The notes beneath the pieces are model-generated. The model saw only the letters and a list, made by a program, of their open reading frames with translations. It was not told the origin of the DNA and made no database searches. A program made the translations under genes and the position numbers. From Thermoanaerobaculia bacterium (GTDB taxonomy: Bacteria > Acidobacteriota > Thermoanaerobaculia > Multivoradales > Multivoraceae), in NCBI GenBank assembly GCA_963664405.1, contig OY761158.1, forward strand, positions 4,096,001 through 4,160,000: 64,000 bases of DNA, given 5' to 3'. Below are positions 59,329-64,000 of this stretch, in pieces (the stretch's first letter is position 1; the number at the start of each line of letters is the position of its first letter).

Positions 59329-62127
59329 ATGGCCGAACCTATTGTCCCTTCTCACCCCGCACAAGCCGAAGCTAGAACAGAGTCAGAGGCATCACGATCC
59401 CAGGTCGTGAGTGCCGACAGCAACCGCGAGGGCGTTCGGGTCGAACGCCTCTTCACCGAAGTAGGTGTCGATCCCTTCGATGCGGTTGGCTGGGAGCGGA
59501 GAGATGCGCTCATCGTCAATGAGAAGGGCGAGGTGGTCTTCGAGCAGAAGGACGTCGAGGTGCCGGAGTTCTGGTCTCAGACTGCCACTAATGTGGTCGT
59601 CAGCAAGTACTTCCGTGGGCATCTCGGTGCCCCGGATCGAGAGACGAGCGTTCGGCAATTGATCTCTCGTGTGTCCGACACCATCACCGATTGGGGCATC
59701 AAGTGTGGTTACTTCGCCACTGCCGAAGATGGCGAGATCTTTCGACACGAGCTCAGCCACATCTTGTTGAACCAGAAGGCCTGTTTCAACTCACCGGTAT
59801 GGTTCAACGTCGGAGCCGAGGCGGAGCCGCAGTGTTCGGCGTGTTTCATCAACTCGGTCGAGGACACCATGCAGTCGATTCTCGAGTTGGCGAAGACCGA
59901 GGGCATGCTCTTCAAGTTCGGCTCGGGTGCGGGGAGCAATCTGTCCCCGATTCGTTCGTCGAGGGAGTTGCTCGCCGGCGGTGGTACCGCTTCGGGTCCG
60001 GTCTCCTTCATGAAGGGCTTCGATGCCTTTGCCGGCGTGATCAAGAGCGGTGGAAAGACCCGGCGGGCGGCGAAGATGGTGATGCTCGATGTCGATCACC
60101 CCGACATCGTCGAGTTCATTCGTTGCAAGGAGCTCGAAGAACGTAAGGCATGGGCGTTGATCGATGCCGGCTTCGACGGTGGTTTCAACGTACCTGGCGG
60201 GGCTTACGATTCGGTTGCCTACCAGAACGCCAACCACTCGGTGCGAGTGAGTGACGAGTTCATGGCCGCATCTGCCGAGGGCGCAGAGTGGCATACACGG
60301 GCAGTGACCGACGGAGAGGTGATCGACACTTATGCTGCGGATGAACTGTCGACGATGATCGCCGAGTCGGCGTGGGCGTGCGGCGACCCTGGGATTCAGT
60401 TCGATACCACCATCAACGACTGGCACACTTGCGCCAACACCGATCGCATTCACGCCTCGAATCCGTGCAGCGAGTACATGTTCCTGAACGATTCGGCTTG
60501 CAACCTGGCCTCTCTGAATCTCATGCGTTTCTACGACGCGGAGAGCGGTTTCGATGTGGCCAGCTTCGGCCACGCCTGTGAGGTGATCATCACTGCGCAG
60601 GAGATCATGGTTGACAACGCGTCCTACCCGACTCCGGCGATCGCTCGCAACTCTCACAGTTTTCGACCCTTAGGCTTGGGGTACGCCAATCTCGGAGCGC
60701 TGTTGATGGCTCGGGGCCTGCCCTACGACTCGGATGCGGGTCGAGGTTACGCGGCGGCGATCACCGCGCTGATGTCGGGAGTCGCCTACGCGCAGTCGGC
60801 GCGCATCGCCGAGGCGATGGGACCGTTTGCCGGCTTCCACGAGAATCGCGAGCCGATGATGCGGGTCATGCGCAAGCATCGCGACGCTCTGAAGCGCGTT
60901 GATGCGGCGCATGCCCCGCTCGCCATGTTGCAGGCGGCACGCGCGTCTTGGGACGAGGTGGTCGAGAGAGGCGATCGCTCGGGCCTGCGCAATAGTCAGA
61001 TCTCGGTGCTCGCCCCCACCGGAACGATTGCCTTCATGATGGATTGCGACACCACGGGAGTCGAGCCAGACATCGCGCTCGTCAAGTACAAGAAGCTCGT
61101 CGGTGGCGGTTTGATCAAGATCGTAAACAACACCGTGCCGTCGGCGCTCGCACGGCTCGGCTACGACAAGGAAGAGGTCCGCAACATCGTCGAGTACATC
61201 GACGAGAACGAGACCATCGAGGGTGCGGATGATCTCGCCGACGAGCATCTTCCGGTCTTCGACTGTGCCTTCAAGCCTGCCAACGGCTCCCGGTCTATCC
61301 ACTATGGCGGCCACCTGAAGATGCTCGGAGCTGTTCAGCCCTTCATTTCCGGCGCCATCTCCAAGACGATCAACATGCCGGAGACCTCCACCGTCGACGA
61401 CATCTTGAGTGCTTACAGGGAAGGGTGGCAGATGGGTCTCAAGGCGGTCGCGATTTATCGCGACGGCTGCAAGCGCAGCCAGCCTCTCTCGACCAAGAAG
61501 GAGGAGATCGGGGCTGGGCTCGAGGCGGTTGTTGATGCTCGCGCTCGAGATGGGGTCAGTCGGGTCAAGTTGCCGGATGAGCGCGCGGCGATCACCCACA
61601 AGTTCTCGATCAATGGGCACGAGGGGTACCTGACCGTCGGCCTCTACGAGAACGGACAGCCCGGCGAGATCTTCCTCACCATGGCGAAGCAGGGCTCGAC
61701 CGTATCGGGGTTGGTCGATGCATTCGCCATCTTGATCTCGATCGCCTTGCAGTATGGCGTTCCGCTGAAGACCCTTGTCGACAAGTTCAGCCACACTCGC
61801 TTCGAACCATCCGGCTTCACCAAGAATCCCGAGATACCGATGGCGAAGTCGATCACCGACTACGTTTTCCGGTGGTTGGCCTCGAAGTTCCTCAGCAGTG
61901 TCGAGCAGCAGCAGGTCGGCGTGATCATGCGCGACCCGCCGGTCGTGTCTGGTAGCGAAGGCGAAGCTGCTGATGTGGGGCCGCGATCCATTCCGGATGC
62001 GGCTATGCAAGCCACCTTTTTGAACTCGCAGGATGCTCCCAGTTGTCACGCCTGTGGCTCGATCATGGTGCGCAACGGCAGCTGCTACAAATGTCTCGAT
62101 TGTGGGGAGACCAGCGGCTGTTCTTGA
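59329..62127 (+). CDS. nrdJ: Class II (AdoCbl-dependent) ribonucleotide reductase with C-terminal TSCPD and Zn-ribbon domains
   Basis: FNSPVWFN, QCSACFI, SGGKTRRAAKM, ASNPCSE, APTGTI, ISKTIN and terminal C..C...C..C...GCS. Confidence 0.96.
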   Translation: MAEPIVPSHPAQAEARTESEASRSQVVSADSNREGVRVERLFTEVGVDPFDAVGWERRDALIVNEKGEVVFEQKDVEVPEFWSQTATNVVVSKYFRGHLGAPDRETSVRQLISRVSDTITDWGIKCGYFATAEDGEIFRHELSHILLNQKACFNSPVWFNVGAEAEPQCSACFINSVEDTMQSILELAKTEGMLFKFGSGAGSNLSPIRSSRELLAGGGTASGPVSFMKGFDAFAGVIKSGGKTRRAAKMVMLDVDHPDIVEFIRCKELEERKAWALIDAGFDGGFNVPGGAYDSVAYQNANHSVRVSDEFMAASAEGAEWHTRAVTDGEVIDTYAADELSTMIAESAWACGDPGIQFDTTINDWHTCANTDRIHASNPCSEYMFLNDSACNLASLNLMRFYDAESGFDVASFGHACEVIITAQEIMVDNASYPTPAIARNSHSFRPLGLGYANLGALLMARGLPYDSDAGRGYAAAITALMSGVAYAQSARIAEAMGPFAGFHENREPMMRVMRKHRDALKRVDAAHAPLAMLQAARASWDEVVERGDRSGLRNSQISVLAPTGTIAFMMDCDTTGVEPDIALVKYKKLVGGGLIKIVNNTVPSALARLGYDKEEVRNIVEYIDENETIEGADDLADEHLPVFDCAFKPANGSRSIHYGGHLKMLGAVQPFISGAISKTINMPETSTVDDILSAYREGWQMGLKAVAIYRDGCKRSQPLSTKKEEIGAGLEAVVDARARDGVSRVKLPDERAAITHKFSINGHEGYLTVGLYENGQPGEIFLTMAKQGSTVSGLVDAFAILISIALQYGVPLKTLVDKFSHTRFEPSGFTKNPEIPMAKSITDYVFRWLASKFLSSVEQQQVGVIMRDPPVVSGSEGEAADVGPRSIPDAAMQATFLNSQDAPSCHACGSIMVRNGSCYKCLDCGETSGCS

Positions 62128-62163
62128 GCCTGATGGCGCTGTTCATCCCCGGCTTGATGGCAT

Positions 62164-62730
62164 ATGCTGACGGGTGTGAATGGGTCTGCTGAGAGGCGCT
62201 CCTCTCTCTGGTTACCGCTGGTTGCGGGTGCCCTGCTGAGTGCGCTGGCCGCGTATGCAGGGTGGACGCTCGGCTCTGTCAACGTGAGGGCAGCATCGCC
62301 TCCGAGCACGGATGAGTGGCCCGCAATTCTCACCGACTTTCGGCTTCCGACCCTGGACGGAAACGAAGTGGGGCCGTCGGATTTCGAGGGTCAGGTCTTG
62401 GTGGTCGACTTCTGGGCCACCTGGTGTGCCCCTTGTCGGGTTCAGGCCAGGATCCTCGAGCCGCTCTGGGAGGAGTGGCGTGGCGACGGTGTCCAGTTTC
62501 TGGCGATCAGCCTCGGCGAAGAGAGAGAGACTGTGGCCACTTACGTGGAGAAGTTCCCCTTTCCTTATCCGGTGCTCTACGACACCCGTGACAACGTAGC
62601 CACCGAGGCTGACATCTACGCTCTACCGACGATGATGATTATCGACAAGGCGGGTGAGGTAGCGTACTTGCAGTCAGGGCTCTCGGACGCCAACACCATT
62701 CGCGGGGCGGTCGAAAGTGCGCGACTCTGA
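62164..62730 (+). CDS. TlpA-family thiol-disulfide oxidoreductase
   Basis: N-terminal TM, DFWATWCAPC and LPT. Confidence 0.92.
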   Translation: MLTGVNGSAERRSSLWLPLVAGALLSALAAYAGWTLGSVNVRAASPPSTDEWPAILTDFRLPTLDGNEVGPSDFEGQVLVVDFWATWCAPCRVQARILEPLWEEWRGDGVQFLAISLGEERETVATYVEKFPFPYPVLYDTRDNVATEADIYALPTMMIIDKAGEVAYLQSGLSDANTIRGAVESARL

Positions 62731-63016
62731 GGGTCGGAAAATCGACCTCGAGGGCTACTCCGGGGTCAATGTCAGGAACATTTCCGTAAAGTGTGGGCAG
62801 TGCAAGAGTTATCAGACTCTCTCCGGCTTTGAGCAGGGAGAAGATTGGAACGTCTACACCTACGAATGTGAGGATGGACTCTGTGACCCTGCCCTCACCC
62901 GCACGTTGATTGAAGTGCCGCGAGAGCTGGACGAGTTTGCGAGGCGCGATCCGACTTGGCGCGGTGGCAAGCAACATGCCGGCTCCGACCACGACTCCGA
63001 AGCTCCGAGCGGATAG
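62717..63016 (+). CDS. Small Cys4 (putative metal-binding) hypothetical protein
   Basis: CGQC...CEDGLC; overlaps the tlpA stop. Confidence 0.6.
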   Translation: MRDSEGRKIDLEGYSGVNVRNISVKCGQCKSYQTLSGFEQGEDWNVYTYECEDGLCDPALTRTLIEVPRELDEFARRDPTWRGGKQHAGSDHDSEAPSG

Positions 63017-63050
63017 ATAACCGCTATTTCCCTTCAGCGAGGAAAGAAGT

Positions 63051-64000
63051 ATGGCGACGATAGTTCATATCGTGGGGACCGGTACGATCGGGGAGCCTTT
63101 GATCGGGCTCTTTGCGGATCTTGGCGAGCGAATGGGCGTGGACGAAGTTACGTTCCACAAGCGCACTCCCTTGGTGTCGGATCGAGCGAAGCTCAACCAC
63201 TTGATCCAGCGCGGTGCCAAGCTCGCGGTCAGTCCTGGTGTTAACAAAGACTTCGAGGATCTTGGGCACAAGGTCACATTCGAGTCAGAAGAGGCTCTCG
63301 ACCGGGCCACGGTCGTGATCGACTGCACTCCGGCAGGCAATCAGAACAAAGGGCGCTTGTATCAACACTCCAGCGGGCCCAACGGCTTTCTTGCGCAGGG
63401 CAGCGAGTTTGGGTTCGGCAAGCCCTACGCACGCGGCATCAACGAGGAGGTCCTCGATAGCCAGGAAGATCGTTTCGTTCAGATCGTTTCCTGCAACACC
63501 CACAACATCGTCACCTTGATCAAGACCCTGTGCTTCGATGGTGTAGGGGGTTATGGGCTGGAGCGTTCCAACTTCGTTTGCATTCGCCGTGCCAACGACG
63601 TGAGTCAGGCGGAGAGCTTCGTGCCTTCCCCCAGGGTGGGTCTCCATGACGATCCGGAGTTCGGTACCCACCACGCTCGGGATGCTCATCATCTGTTTCA
63701 GACCCTTGGCAAGGACCTCGATATCTTCTCGAGCACTCTCAAGGTGAACACTCAGTACATGCACTCGATCTGGTTCCACATCACTGTCGACAGGCCGACC
63801 AGTCTCGAGGAAGTGGTGGCGAAGCTCCATGCCAATCCCAGGGTGGCGATGACGGAGAAGCGCGACGCCAATCTCATTTTCAGTTTTGGCAGGGACCACG
63901 GTTACTACGGGCGGATCCTCTCTCAGACGGTGGTGGTTGTGCCCACGCTGGCCGTTCGACGGGAGCGTGAGATCTACGGTTTCTGCTTTACGCCGCAGGA
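63051..64000 (+). CDS. Archaeal-type (class II) glyceraldehyde-3-phosphate dehydrogenase-like protein, truncated by window end
   Basis: Manual translation (absent from ORF track): VHIVGTGTIGEP, VIDCTP, AQGSE, IVSCNTHN, IRRAND and GTHHARDA. Confidence 0.85.
   Translation, partial: MATIVHIVGTGTIGEPLIGLFADLGERMGVDEVTFHKRTPLVSDRAKLNHLIQRGAKLAVSPGVNKDFEDLGHKVTFESEEALDRATVVIDCTPAGNQNKGRLYQHSSGPNGFLAQGSEFGFGKPYARGINEEVLDSQEDRFVQIVSCNTHNIVTLIKTLCFDGVGGYGLERSNFVCIRRANDVSQAESFVPSPRVGLHDDPEFGTHHARDAHHLFQTLGKDLDIFSSTLKVNTQYMHSIWFHITVDRPTSLEEVVAKLHANPRVAMTEKRDANLIFSFGRDHGYYGRILSQTVVVVPTLAVRREREIYGFCFTPQ

Noticed and set aside
59329-62127. Intein or intron in nrdJ
   Set aside because: Continuous RNR motifs, normal length, no splicing or homing-endonuclease motifs.

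Overview
GC-rich bacterial chromosomal segment. Gene content (DUF4388 proteins, GldAFG-DUF4340, dnaK-hspR, rsbW-rsbV, split methylmalonyl-CoA mutase) suggests Acidobacteriota, possibly Thermoanaerobaculia-like; this is inference. It is mostly housekeeping DNA: metH (3' part), ABC-F, PBP1b, luxE-luxC-like pair with a ferredoxin, nuclease-DinG/XPD helicase, hflKC, nupC, PP2C, glpX, acyl-CoA dehydrogenase, rsbW/rsbV, envC plus an S41 homologue, ybbAP/tesA, mazG, dnaK-hspR, DnaC-like ATPase, SpoIID, meaB-mce, carA/carB, TauD-family dioxygenase, nrdJ, and an archaeal-type GAPDH running off the right end. I saw no transposase, integrase, CRISPR array, tRNA or rRNA. The most striking signal is non-coding. 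Four interlocking families of small CTAG-ended structured repeats (A-D, two copies each) sit at gene 3' ends, often overlapping TAG stop codons. A and B share an ERIC/RPE-like core under unrelated terminal repeats, and C is nested inside one B copy. Upstream of carB there is a candidate ~190-nt ECF-sigma-driven sRNA carrying CCUCC anti-Shine-Dalgarno motifs. Other oddities: an in-frame amber codon in rsbV, an S41 protease lacking catalytic residues, and many apparently leaderless genes. All calls come from reading motifs by eye; no database searches were run.
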